This document shows positions 1 to 9,042 of a stretch of DNA of 59,219 nucleotides, in pieces. The notes under the pieces are model-generated. The model saw only the letters and a list, made by a program, of their open reading frames with translations. It was not told where the DNA came from and searched no databases. A program made the translations under genes and the position numbers. Origin of the DNA: a virus (Duplodnaviria > Caudoviricetes); the IMG/VR virus record IMGVR_UViG_3300050011_000072, positions 1-59,219 of that record. One strand, 5' to 3'. Position 1 is the stretch's first letter. Each line of letters opens with the position of its first letter.

Positions 1-5
1 CACAC

Positions 6-34
6 ATGATGCGCCGTCATTTCCACCATGTCAA
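6..34 (-). promoter_or_regulatory. Putative sigma70 promoter pointing off the left end
   Basis: Minus strand TTGACA (34-29), 17-bp spacer, CATCAT (11-6). Confidence 0.4.
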
Positions 35-44
35 GCACTATTTT

Positions 45-266
45 TCATTCCTGCGCCTCCAGCCATTCGGCCCGTTTAGCAACAGTCGCCGCGTCGGCAG
101 CATCGAACCTCTCGCAAGATGGCCTGGACGCGCTCACGGATATGCAAAATTTAACCGTCACGTCGGGATGCTCTGATGCAGCTATCGGACAGTAGCCGAA
201 GCCAAATTTTGACATCGCTGGAATTTCGCGTAGGCTGAAGAATTTGCAGGATAGGCACTTATTCAT
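45..266 (-). CDS. Small Cys-rich hypothetical protein
   Basis: 73-aa ORF overlapping the dnaB stop; CxxC and further Cys. Confidence 0.65.
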   Translation of the reverse strand: MNKCLSCKFFSLREIPAMSKFGFGYCPIAASEHPDVTVKFCISVSASRPSCERFDAADAATVAKRAEWLEAQE

Positions 267-1620
267 CTCTCATCCCTCTACTGCGCGTCGGTGCCTGTTT
301 CGGTGGCGCCGGGTGCCATTCGTGCGCCAGGTCTTCAAACCGCGTCTGATTGCCGATATAGGACAGAGCAACGATTCCTGGCTCACCCTGACGCTGCTTG
401 GCGCAATTCACTTCGCACAATCCTTTTTCCTGCGTATTCGGATTGTAAATTTCATCCCTATACAGAAAAATCACATTACTGGCATCTTGCTCAATCGAAC
501 CCGACATCGCAAGGTCGGAAAGTTGCGGCCGCTTATTCGGCCTGCTTTCGCAATCGCGGTTCAACTGGCACATAAGCACTACTGCAACATCCATCTGTTT
601 CGCCACACCGATCAACCCGCGCGTGTATTCGCCGATCAACTCGTAAGTTTTTTTCTCTTTTGTGCCGCCGGTAATAAAACTCAATTGGTCGATAACGAGC
701 AAGTCAAGTCCATTTTTCCGCTTCACTTGCCGCGCCTTGTTGCGGATATCGAGCATGTTCAAACTGGTTTCGTCGTCGATATAAAAATTCAGTTCAGCGG
801 CTTTCTGATAGGCATAGGTCAATTGCGACCATTTTTGCTTATCGTCTTCCTTGCCATCCGTCGGCAACCGAAGCCATGACACAGGGAGTTTCCCGAGCGC
901 GGCGATGTTGCGGTCGTTAAGTTGGGCAATCGACATTTCCATCGAAAGCAAAAGCGATGAACCCCATGCCGCCACATTCCGACATAGCCCAAGACCTGCC
1001 GCCGTCTTGCCCATCGCCGGACGGCCGGCAATCACGGTCAACGTGCCACGCTCAAGGCCGCCATCAAGCCGCTTATCCAGATCCACAAATCCAGTCGGAA
1101 TCGGCTTGATCTTGCCTTGCATTCTGGCATCCAGCATGTCGGCGTAGGAGCCTAGAGACTCCGACATCCGCACCGGCGCGCTGCGCGTCTTTTTCTGCGC
1201 GATCGCGTCGATCTTCGTAGCGATAATATCGACCAGCGCGCCAGCCTCATCCGGCGATGTTGCGGCCAATTCTTGCGCTTCACTACCCAACGCGATCAAT
1301 GCGCGTTTCACCGATCTGTCTACGACGATATCGGCATACCGCCGGATATTCGCCGCGCTCGGAGTGCTCTGAACAATCGAGTTCAGGTATTGCAGGCAAT
1401 CAGTGATTTTTTCGGCAAGTGCAATGCCAACCGATATCACGTCGGCGGTCTTGCAGGCTAAAATCTGCTTTTCAATTTCCCCGTAAATCTCCCGATGATC
1501 AGCCCGGTAAAAATGCTCGGTTTGCAGATCGCCGATTCTGTCGATGGCATCATTCGACAGCAAGAGCGCGCCAATGACGGATTGCTCGGCTTCGATTGCG
1601 ATGGTGCGGTCTGGTTTCAT
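259..1620 (-). CDS. dnaB: Replicative DNA helicase, DnaB family
   Basis: N-terminal EAEQSVIGALL, Walker A GRPAMGKT, SMEMS, LLVIDQL, QLNR, RPQLSDLAMSGSIEQDA, KQRQG. Confidence 0.96.
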   Translation of the reverse strand: MKPDRTIAIEAEQSVIGALLLSNDAIDRIGDLQTEHFYRADHREIYGEIEKQILACKTADVISVGIALAEKITDCLQYLNSIVQSTPSAANIRRYADIVVDRSVKRALIALGSEAQELAATSPDEAGALVDIIATKIDAIAQKKTRSAPVRMSESLGSYADMLDARMQGKIKPIPTGFVDLDKRLDGGLERGTLTVIAGRPAMGKTAAGLGLCRNVAAWGSSLLLSMEMSIAQLNDRNIAALGKLPVSWLRLPTDGKEDDKQKWSQLTYAYQKAAELNFYIDDETSLNMLDIRNKARQVKRKNGLDLLVIDQLSFITGGTKEKKTYELIGEYTRGLIGVAKQMDVAVVLMCQLNRDCESRPNKRPQLSDLAMSGSIEQDASNVIFLYRDEIYNPNTQEKGLCEVNCAKQRQGEPGIVALSYIGNQTRFEDLAHEWHPAPPKQAPTRSRGMRDE

Positions 1621-2405
1621 GCAGCTTTATCTCCGTGTAATTTTTTCGCCTGTAATCCAGCGGTTGCCAAGACGTAATAATCATCCTTGACGTACCAAAG
1701 TTTGAACCAATTCCCGCGCACGGATTTCAAAAACACGATACGCCAATCCTTGTACCGCTTGGCATCCGGCAGCTTATAGCGGTCCAGGAATTCACGCCAT
1801 TGCAGCCAAAGAAAATCAGGCGGTATGCCGACGCTGTTGGCGTAGGTGATTGCCGCGCAGTCATCTGGTATTGGCATTTCGCCCTTGGTTTTGCATTCGT
1901 CCAAAAACGTCTTCAAGGCGACGGCTGATTTTTTACGGTCCGGTTTAGCCCCCTCTGGGGGTATGGGGGTTTGTATTATGGTATTGGTATTGGTATTGGT
2001 AATGGGAGCTTGTGACTTGGTTATTTCTGGGTTAGCTAAAATAACCGGCTGGGTTATTTCTGGGTTAGCCTTAGGTTTAAATTTTGCAGGTCTGCCGCCC
2101 TTCTTTCCATTCACGCGGGCGCGCTCTGCCGCTTCTGCCGCTTTGATAATTTCTAAATCACACCTTTTATGCGACCATCCAGCGCCAACTAAAATAAAAA
2201 ATTCATCGAGCACTACATCGACGGCTTTTCGCTCATCTTTCGATGTCGCTCGGACCAATCTGGCGACCTGCGCACGGTCCGCAGGTAGGTACTTTTCCCG
2301 CACATAATACAAATCCATTAGGCGGCGATAAGCAGCATCTTCAAGCCAAGAAAGGTGAGCTGTAGCCGTCATGTAGTCGCCGATGTGATGGGGGTAAAAG
2401 TTCAT
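1617..2405 (-). CDS. Phage replication initiator, YdaU/DUF1376 family
   Basis: MNFYPHHIGDY...HLSWLEDAAYRRLMDLYY, NGKKGGRP, TNTNTN linker; directly upstream of dnaB. Confidence 0.88.
   Translation of the reverse strand: MNFYPHHIGDYMTATAHLSWLEDAAYRRLMDLYYVREKYLPADRAQVARLVRATSKDERKAVDVVLDEFFILVGAGWSHKRCDLEIIKAAEAAERARVNGKKGGRPAKFKPKANPEITQPVILANPEITKSQAPITNTNTNTIIQTPIPPEGAKPDRKKSAVALKTFLDECKTKGEMPIPDDCAAITYANSVGIPPDFLWLQWREFLDRYKLPDAKRYKDWRIVFLKSVRGNWFKLWYVKDDYYVLATAGLQAKKLHGDKAA
2019..2078. repeat. Iteron-like repeats, probable replication origin inside the initiator gene
   Basis: GGTTATTTCTGGGTTAGC at 2019-2036 and 2052-2069; GGTT(A/T) cores at 2019, 2030, 2052, 2063, 2074 in 11-bp phase, with an inverted TAACC at 2042. 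Confidence 0.65.
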
Positions 2406-2899
2406 TCACAGCGGCCAAAAAGACGTACATTATTTTCCAGAATGTCTCTGGTCATCTGGTTATTACGGGTAGAAAATTCGCCTATTTTATAAAATTCATC
2501 CATATCACATTGGCTTAGGCTAATTGCAAATCCAGATGCAAAAGCAAATGGCGCAATACTCATTACTTCTTCAATTTTTTTAGCGGGTAATGATGTATAT
2601 CTCCCGAAAAATCCAGCTAATAACCCATACGCTTGATCTGCACTTACGTGAGTCAGTAATTCCTTAATTCCATTTAAAACATCATGCTCGGATTTATGGC
2701 AGTCCTCACAAAGACATGACAACTCATCATCCGAATATTCCCAAAGCATCCTCCCTTTGAAATACTGCTTATGGTGTACGTTCAGTGTTTTGTCTGCCGA
2801 ATTGCACTTTTCACATTCAAACCCGTTTGACTCCATAATCTCAAGTCTTCGCTTCTGCCATAAAGGGTGTTTGTACTGATCGCCGAATGCTATTTTCAT
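2402..2899 (-). CDS. HNH endonuclease-like protein
   Basis: WQKRRLEIM, CEKC, LNVHH, LCEDCHKSEH; AT-rich. Confidence 0.8.
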   Translation of the reverse strand: MKIAFGDQYKHPLWQKRRLEIMESNGFECEKCNSADKTLNVHHKQYFKGRMLWEYSDDELSCLCEDCHKSEHDVLNGIKELLTHVSADQAYGLLAGFFGRYTSLPAKKIEEVMSIAPFAFASGFAISLSQCDMDEFYKIGEFSTRNNQMTRDILENNVRLFGRCE

Positions 2900-3111
2900 T
2901 GGTTAGACCCCTTAAGCATTTCAACCAACGACCGACACAAGATATGGGCGTGGTATTGCTTCAGCACCTTGGCATGCACTTTACCTATCTGCGCGGCCAA
3001 AAGATTTTGGTGCCTATGTTGCCAAACGCACCGACCAGCGCCAGCATCCAGCGCACCATTGCTAGACTGAGCAGCCGTATTGCCGGTGGGAATTTTGGGT
3101 AAAATGGTCAT
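2896..3111 (-). CDS. Hypothetical protein
   Basis: ATGA overlaps with both neighbours. Confidence 0.5.
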   Translation of the reverse strand: MTILPKIPTGNTAAQSSNGALDAGAGRCVWQHRHQNLLAAQIGKVHAKVLKQYHAHILCRSLVEMLKGSNQ

Positions 3112-3446
3112 TTTTCGCGCCCATATTTAACTGTAAGATCGCTCCCCTCTTCGGCATAATTCCGGCCTCCAAGCCAAACAAGCTTTTTAACCGGCGGCGC
3201 AGTCCACATGCAAAAACCATCATCGTCGATTGCTTTTCCTTGCTCTAACCACCATTGATAGACGGTCCAGAACGACGCGCGCGTCCCAGGCTGCTTATCT
3301 TTTATGCTGCCGTCGGTATTCGTAATAAACGGTCCAAAACGCGGGTTATCCTCAAACGTGAACTGTGCGCCTGATTGATCGCGTATTTTTCGATCCGGTT
3401 CAAAATGTCCGCAGACAATGGCATTGCCGATGCGCTTGCAAGTCAA
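3108..3446 (-). CDS. Hypothetical protein
   Basis: 112-aa ORF coupled to neighbours. Confidence 0.65.
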   Translation of the reverse strand: MTCKRIGNAIVCGHFEPDRKIRDQSGAQFTFEDNPRFGPFITNTDGSIKDKQPGTRASFWTVYQWWLEQGKAIDDDGFCMWTAPPVKKLVWLGGRNYAEEGSDLTVKYGREK

Positions 3447-3676
3447 AACAAATCTCCTTCACTGCGGTCGGCAATCTGGTACTTACCCCATTCGCCGGCA
3501 ATCCAGTTCACGCCCTTGGCGTTTTTGAAGTCCACCGGCGGTGTACTTGCAATTACGCCAATATGCATGAGACGTTCGATTGAACGCTTTACGCTATCAT
3601 GCCGGGATTCGACCAAGTCCGCTATCTCGCGGCTGGTCATAGATTGTGTTGCGGATATTGTTGCGAGTTGGTTCAT
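3443..3676 (-). pseudogene. Internally deleted Rha/KilAC-type antirepressor
   Basis: Rha-like N-terminus MTSREIADLVESRHDSVKRSIERL joined almost directly to KGVNWIAGEW, which resembles the extreme C-terminus of KilAC/ANT domains; only 77 aa. Confidence 0.6.
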
Positions 3677-3897
3677 GCAAACCCTTTAGCCAACACCATG
3701 AACGCGGTGATAGCCACCCGAAGCAAGGGCGAGCAAAGCTGCCTTGAAAGGTGTCCAAACTTAATTGGCGCGAAAATGATGTTGGCTGAAAGATTCATGA
3801 TCCCTTGCTTCGTTATGGACTATCACATCCGATTTATATTACTTCCCTGACATTGTTCATCATTATCATATTTCCAGCAAGTATTTTTCAATACTTT

Positions 3898-4533
3898 TCA
3901 TACATTTTGGAGTTCCTTCAATTTTCGCTTGTATTCGGCCTTCAATCGCTTCAGGTCGTCGATTGTCCATTTTTGCACCATCTGGTCACGCTCCAGCGCT
4001 TCGAGAGCGGCAAGCCCTATCCTAGCCTCTACGCCAGCCCTGAATGCTTCCCGTGTCGCGCCGCCTGGTCGATTACAATTTTTACGCTGGGCGAATATAT
4101 TGCGATCAGCATCAAAGCGCAAATGTGGAGCACTGCCGCGTGAAAGGTAGTGACCAGCATCGATCGATCCACCTGGACGACTTGGTTCAAACGGCTTTCC
4201 GCAATCAATGCAACCATGACCTGCAGCAATGTCCCGTGCGCGTACATAGGCATTTACCGCTACCTGCACTTCGGCTATCCAGTCGGCACGGGTTTTCAGG
4301 GCTTCCTTGCGCTTCGCAGTATCGGCCCTGTCCAGTTTAGCGGCGGCGCGTTCCTTGCGCTCCCTGTCGCGTTTTGCTACCTCGGCAGCGCATTCTGGCT
4401 TGCAGGCTTTATGCGCCATGCTCCGCTTTTCAAATGGCTTACGGCATATTTTGCACTTCGATAATTTCGGCTTGCGCACCTTCGCCGTTAATGTGTCAGC
4501 GGTCTTCTTTGCGCGGAGAGGTGATCGGATCAC
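3898..4533 (-). CDS. ninG: NinG/Rap family recombination endonuclease
   Basis: KCKIC...CKPECA, NAYVRARD, CIDCG, DAGHYLSRGSAPHLRFD, CN, WTIDDLKRLKAEYKRK. Confidence 0.9.
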   Translation of the reverse strand: MIRSPLRAKKTADTLTAKVRKPKLSKCKICRKPFEKRSMAHKACKPECAAEVAKRDRERKERAAAKLDRADTAKRKEALKTRADWIAEVQVAVNAYVRARDIAAGHGCIDCGKPFEPSRPGGSIDAGHYLSRGSAPHLRFDADRNIFAQRKNCNRPGGATREAFRAGVEARIGLAALEALERDQMVQKWTIDDLKRLKAEYKRKLKELQNV

Positions 4534-5174
4534 TTGATGGCATCCTCAATCAATTGTATTCTTGATCCAATCCAGTGCATAACATCAGCGCAAAGAACAA
4601 CAAATTCAGCATCAGTCATATGGCGTTTTGCTATATTCGCATCTTCGCACACCCATTGCATATTTTCTATTCCATCTCCACCATTGCGTGCTTTTGGCAA
4701 CTTGTGATCCAATTGCGCACCCCTATCAAGACGCCTTCCAGTGATGGCGCACAACCCCCTTTGCTTTCTCCATAGCGAAGCAATTTGCTGCGTTGTGGCG
4801 CGATCATTTCCGCGTAATTTCATGGCCTTAGACCAAAAGAATCGGCGATATGCGTATTTACGCATTTTCGCCGTTTGCATTTCACGGTTATTTGAGTGAA
4901 ATTCATTACGTTTTCTTCTGGCCATTTCTGGATCACGATCACGTAAATTCTGCATCCCTTCGCGTTTTCTTTTTAATCTTTCGTCATCGCTCATTTTTTG
5001 AACTGTCGGTCTTTTTAATCCCAATAAACTGGCTTTTCCTTGTATCTGCCTACGATGGCGACCGACTAGTTTTACTAGCATTTCATCCCACGGCATTCCG
5101 GCAGGATAAATATGAGATAAAAGCAATTCTTCTTCTTCGCTCCAAAAAATATGCTTCGAAAATTTCCTTTTCAT
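4530..5174 (-). CDS. HNH homing endonuclease
   Basis: QRGLCAITG, LDHKLPKARNGG, NMQWVC, ANIAKR; N-terminal WSEEEE helical repeat; ATG at 5174 preceded by TATAAT. Confidence 0.8.
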   Translation of the reverse strand: MKRKFSKHIFWSEEEELLLSHIYPAGMPWDEMLVKLVGRHRRQIQGKASLLGLKRPTVQKMSDDERLKRKREGMQNLRDRDPEMARRKRNEFHSNNREMQTAKMRKYAYRRFFWSKAMKLRGNDRATTQQIASLWRKQRGLCAITGRRLDRGAQLDHKLPKARNGGDGIENMQWVCEDANIAKRHMTDAEFVVLCADVMHWIGSRIQLIEDAIK

Positions 5175-5203
5175 AGTTGCCTTATATTGTGTGGATATAA
5201 GTA

Positions 5204-7675
5204 TTATACGATATTTTCTACCATACTTTGTATTCTTTCTCCGATCCATCTAACCACCGGAACGGCGAAGCTATTGCCCATCGCCTTGTACATCGGGCAA
5301 TCAGCCGGCGGTTTGCCGCGATACAGGACGTGGCCTAGATACCCTCGCGGGAACCCCTGCAAAGATTCACATTCCGGCACGGTAAGCCTTCTCACTGCGT
5401 ATCGAGTCGCCACAATCGGCTGCCCCCGTCCAGTCCCATCCTCGCTGGCGTCGAAGCCATCTGCCTTGAGCGTGTGCGTGATGTCGCCGGTGATGCAGAC
5501 CGCCTGCGCCTGCGGACTACTCGATCCGAGCGCACCGAATACCTCAGTGCTGCTTACCGTATCCTGGCGGCTGTCGAAGGCTATCGGCGCAAACACATGC
5601 GCCTTGTCACCACCACCACCACTGGCGCGTAGGCAGGTCGCGACCTCATCGCCGAGTTCAGCGGTTGCGCCGCCTTCGCGGCCGCGTAGGGCGACGGATA
5701 GCGCCACGTTCTCATGGCTATCTTGCGATCGGCCGCGCAATGCGCCGATACCTTCTCGCCAATAGCCAGCGCCGCTTGTCGAGTATCCATCCTGAACAAG
5801 GAACGTTTCCGTCTCGAAGTCCATCCGACCGCTGGCGCTGGCGCAGGCGTTGCGTGCCGTGGCTACGTCGATGCTTCCTGATTGGTTATTGCCGCCGAAT
5901 GCAACGGGCTGGATTCCTCCCGCGCATTCAAAGTCGGTACCGAAGCCGCCGCCGCTTGAAGCGCGTGCTCCAAGAGTGCCGGTAATTTCTTGCCGCGATT
6001 CGCGGCGCGGCGCAATATCCCGGCGCACGCCGTCGAACTCAAAAAGTACCGCTGCGGGATCGAACCCGTCTCGAGCACTTGCGACAACGAACACACGGCG
6101 GCGTCGTTGGGCCACTCCGAAATATTGGGCATCAAGGGTTCGCCATGCAATATTCCGCTGCGGTCCATACACACAACCAGCGTTCGACCACCTTCCCCCT
6201 GGCGCGACGAGCGGGCTATCCTCGCCGGCAAGCGCTCCCAGAAAGCAGCCGAAGGCGTTATCTTTTGTACTGAGCACTCCGGGGACATTTTCCCAGACGA
6301 TGATGGATTCAGGTTCTCCGCGAACATGTCGAACTGCGTCGATTGCATTGGCTAAGTCCACAAATGAAAGAGTTAATTGACCACGGGCATCGTCCATAGA
6401 TGCACGCAGACCGGCAATGCTGAAGGCTTGACAGTTGTGGACGACGGCGCCGTTGAGGACATATGAATTATCGCCTTCGACTTCAATGTTGTAAACGGTA
6501 TCGATGCCGACGGGTGTATATGACTGAGCGCGCCGCAGCAAATAACCATGGCGCACGCGACTCTTGCGCGACACATCGGCGTGTACTGCCTTGACTGACC
6601 AGTAATCGCGCTGATTCACGGTTCGACCTTCAATGACACAGGTATCCTGCGTTTTCATGAACGTCAGACCCGCCGAATATCCATTGCAATTGGCGAGGTC
6701 AACAATGCCAAGTGCGAGAGCGTGGCTGACGGAATTGGCGACGAAGCCATTGGGCGTCATGCCGCCATCAGTGTCTAGGTATCCGCGCAGCAGTTCAGCG
6801 CCGAACTCAGACCCCGCCACCCATGCCGGAATGCGCTTGCAGTGGGACAGTTCGCCAAACTGATCCATCAGCCATTCGGCGAATGCGGTGTCGCAGACGA
6901 TGACCTTGATCGAGCCGCGGCTTTCTTTCGTGAATGCGCCAATGCCTGGCGCGGCAACTTTGAACTTTTCGACTTTTGATTTATTTAGACAGAACACGAC
7001 GGATTTCTTGTTTTTGCCGCCCCATTTGCGAATATAACCGTCGCCCAAATACATTCCAGCAAGGTACATTGCAGTTTCTGCATCGAACTTTGCCGATACA
7101 GGATCATGACCAGGAATCTCGTAATGCGTCAGTGCGCACCAATTCTTTCCTATCAGTTGTTGCGCCTCGACCCACTCCGGCGCGCCGCACTGTTCAATCT
7201 TGGCGTACGCCCCGTTGCGCTTTGTACTCTGCATACGGAAGTCAACGGAAAGGAACGGATGATCTGGCGTGGTGACGATGCCCGATGCCATTCCCACTCC
7301 GGTCAATTTTCCTACCTTGGCGAGCTTGCTGCCGACACGCAAAACACGCTGTAACCGCCCTATATGCGTCACAACCAGATCATCTACCACTACCGATTCG
7401 ATGGACTTGTATCCGGCTGAGCACAAAACCATGTGCCCAGCAGTAAAGCATGGTGTGCCGCCGACCAGAACATCGGGCGCAGCAACTATTCCAGCGCGCA
7501 CCATAGCCGCGATCTTGGTCATATCGCCAAGATTCGCCACTGCTGGATAATGATGCGCAAGCACCGAAGACGGAAATTTCTCTATTTCGGCAAACCATGC
7601 CGGCGACCACCCAATTGGATGCCATGCGACAGTGGCCGCTTCAATCCCACTGCACACGCTGCCATAGGTAGTCAC
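5204..7675 (-). CDS. C5 DNA cytosine methyltransferase (alpha chain) containing an intein
   Basis: Motif I variant SVCSGIEA, GGTP-[intein]-CQAFS, WENVPG, AQYFGVAQRRRRVF, RRLTVPECESLQGFP, YKAMGNS. Confidence 0.93.
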   Translation of the reverse strand: MTTYGSVCSGIEAATVAWHPIGWSPAWFAEIEKFPSSVLAHHYPAVANLGDMTKIAAMVRAGIVAAPDVLVGGTPCFTAGHMVLCSAGYKSIESVVVDDLVVTHIGRLQRVLRVGSKLAKVGKLTGVGMASGIVTTPDHPFLSVDFRMQSTKRNGAYAKIEQCGAPEWVEAQQLIGKNWCALTHYEIPGHDPVSAKFDAETAMYLAGMYLGDGYIRKWGGKNKKSVVFCLNKSKVEKFKVAAPGIGAFTKESRGSIKVIVCDTAFAEWLMDQFGELSHCKRIPAWVAGSEFGAELLRGYLDTDGGMTPNGFVANSVSHALALGIVDLANCNGYSAGLTFMKTQDTCVIEGRTVNQRDYWSVKAVHADVSRKSRVRHGYLLRRAQSYTPVGIDTVYNIEVEGDNSYVLNGAVVHNCQAFSIAGLRASMDDARGQLTLSFVDLANAIDAVRHVRGEPESIIVWENVPGVLSTKDNAFGCFLGALAGEDSPLVAPGGRWSNAGCVYGPQRNIAWRTLDAQYFGVAQRRRRVFVVASARDGFDPAAVLFEFDGVRRDIAPRRESRQEITGTLGARASSGGGFGTDFECAGGIQPVAFGGNNQSGSIDVATARNACASASGRMDFETETFLVQDGYSTSGAGYWREGIGALRGRSQDSHENVALSVALRGREGGATAELGDEVATCLRASGGGGDKAHVFAPIAFDSRQDTVSSTEVFGALGSSSPQAQAVCITGDITHTLKADGFDASEDGTGRGQPIVATRYAVRRLTVPECESLQGFPRGYLGHVLYRGKPPADCPMYKAMGNSFAVPVVRWIGERIQSMVENIV
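5863..6348 (-). CDS. Nested alternative-frame ORF, putative beta subunit of an EcoHK31I-like split C5 methyltransferase
   Basis: Same strand, different frame, ATG start; NISEWPNDAAVCSLSQVLET...RYFLSSTACAGILRRA resembles the M.EcoHK31I beta polypeptide as I recall it. Confidence 0.7.
   Translation of the reverse strand: MQSTQFDMFAENLNPSSSGKMSPECSVQKITPSAAFWERLPARIARSSRQGEGGRTLVVCMDRSGILHGEPLMPNISEWPNDAAVCSLSQVLETGSIPQRYFLSSTACAGILRRAANRGKKLPALLEHALQAAAASVPTLNAREESSPLHSAAITNQEAST
6434..7450 (-). mobile_element. Intein with LAGLIDADG homing endonuclease (339 aa)
   Basis: Starts CFTAGHMV; block B TTPDHPFL; LAGMYLGDG and LRGYLDTDG; ends VYNIEVEGDNSYVLNGAVVHN followed by +1 Cys. Confidence 0.95.
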
Positions 7676-7770
7676 GTCCGCACCCGCGCCGAATAAGCCG
7701 TAGCCCCAACCAGCGCAGCGCGTATCTGCTCATCGGTGAGCGAGCGCCGCCGACTATAGACGTGTTTCAT
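7672..7770 (-). pseudogene. 32-aa remnant of an HTH protein
   Basis: MKHVYSRRRSLTDEQIRAALVGATAYSARVRT matches both ends of the HTH ORF at 57216-57383 without its middle; coupled overlaps on both sides. Confidence 0.45.
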
Positions 7771-7955
7771 ATTTTCCTTGTAATCGTAAAAGCATCCGGG
7801 TCAATGCCGGCATCACGGCAAATCTTGACGGCGGTCGTATGCCCAACCGCGAACATCCATGTAGCCAAATACCAGTTTGGCGACTTATCGAATTCGCTTG
7901 AGCATATCGACCTGGCATTTAGCATGATCGTGAAGGGGGATAGTGTCGGCGTCAT
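7767..7955 (-). CDS. Hypothetical protein
   Basis: 62-aa coupled ORF. Confidence 0.6.
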   Translation of the reverse strand: MTPTLSPFTIMLNARSICSSEFDKSPNWYLATWMFAVGHTTAVKICRDAGIDPDAFTITRKI

Positions 7956-8143
7956 TTTGCCTCCCCCAACGCACGAATCGCATCAACGCAGTCATTCGCC
8001 GTCATCGGATTGTCGAAATTATTCACGCCTGCACAGATAGCCGCAGCATCCGCAAGGCCTGCTTTATACGCATAGTCGAATACCTCGCGCGTGCTAGTCC
8101 AGCCTATGTGACACAATTCAGCGTAATGTTCGTCAATTGTCAT
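7952..8143 (-). CDS. Hypothetical protein
   Basis: 63 aa, GGAGGG RBS, AAAIC...CVDAIRA phage-type motif. Confidence 0.65.
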   Translation of the reverse strand: MTIDEHYAELCHIGWTSTREVFDYAYKAGLADAAAICAGVNNFDNPMTANDCVDAIRALGEAK

Positions 8144-8171
8144 TTTCCCTCCGGTGGAAATTATTGAATTA

Positions 8172-8492
8172 TCATGGAAGTAAAACGGCCAATTTATCGC
8201 GGGATTTTTGCGCTTTTTTTAAAGCCATCGCAATCCGTTCTGGCGGTCGCCTTTTCCATATATCACATGCGAGTCTGATTGCTTCTTGTTTATTTTTTAT
8301 TCCTTTGTGCGGAAATATTCCGAATCCAAGTTCTTTATCTGATACCTGATACTCGCGTGGACCATGGCTAGTATATCCTGGCCTCCTCTCATGGACAACA
8401 AACTTTCTGCCATCAAAAGTGAATTCATCTCCCTCCGAAAGTAAGAGTCCATCGGGATATGCTGCGTAAAATTTTGTTGGTGTTAGTTTCAT
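8172..8492 (-). CDS. Hypothetical protein
   Basis: ATG at 8492 with GAGG RBS; AT-rich. Confidence 0.6.
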   Translation of the reverse strand: MKLTPTKFYAAYPDGLLLSEGDEFTFDGRKFVVHERRPGYTSHGPREYQVSDKELGFGIFPHKGIKNKQEAIRLACDIWKRRPPERIAMALKKAQKSRDKLAVLLP

Positions 8493-8544
8493 TAAAACCT
8501 CTCGTATTTTTTCGTAGATTCGGTCCAGCGCACAGGCTTCGGTT

Positions 8545-9042
8545 TCAACGTAGCCACTCTGGCGCCGTATCGCGGGGGTTCGCATGAAACATAACTCCCA
8601 TATTTGCGCCGTCGGCCTCGATCGCAGTCAGGTACAGCGCAAAGCCGTGAATCGTCAGTTCGGTCGTACTCCCGACCAGCACGCGCTCGCCGCCTGGCGT
8701 GATATCCCACTTTCTGTAGGACTCGGATTTGCACAATAAATCATCATACACTTCCGGCAGATATTGCCTTTTAAAATGTTCGTGCCATACCTCCGCACTG
8801 TAACTCCGACCGACGACGTATGCCTGCTCTGCAATATCCTTTAATGGCCCCCTCCACATAAGCGCATTTTGATCTGGCTTGCGTGCCTTGACCTGTTCCC
8901 TCACAATTAACTCAATCGGCTTGTCAGGGTCTATCGGAATCGAGTTGAGCATGGCTATTGCACGATCAACGATATCTCGTGTACGCAACGCAATTGTGCG
9001 CGTCGGATATTTTTCACGCTTGTAGATTATTTTTTCGCTCAT
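8545..9042 (-). CDS. ninB: NinB family recombination protein
   Basis: RKPDQNALMW, LKDIAEQ, SAEVWHEHFK, GSTTELT, FALYL. Confidence 0.85.
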   Translation of the reverse strand: MSEKIIYKREKYPTRTIALRTRDIVDRAIAMLNSIPIDPDKPIELIVREQVKARKPDQNALMWRGPLKDIAEQAYVVGRSYSAEVWHEHFKRQYLPEVYDDLLCKSESYRKWDITPGGERVLVGSTTELTIHGFALYLTAIEADGANMGVMFHANPRDTAPEWLR

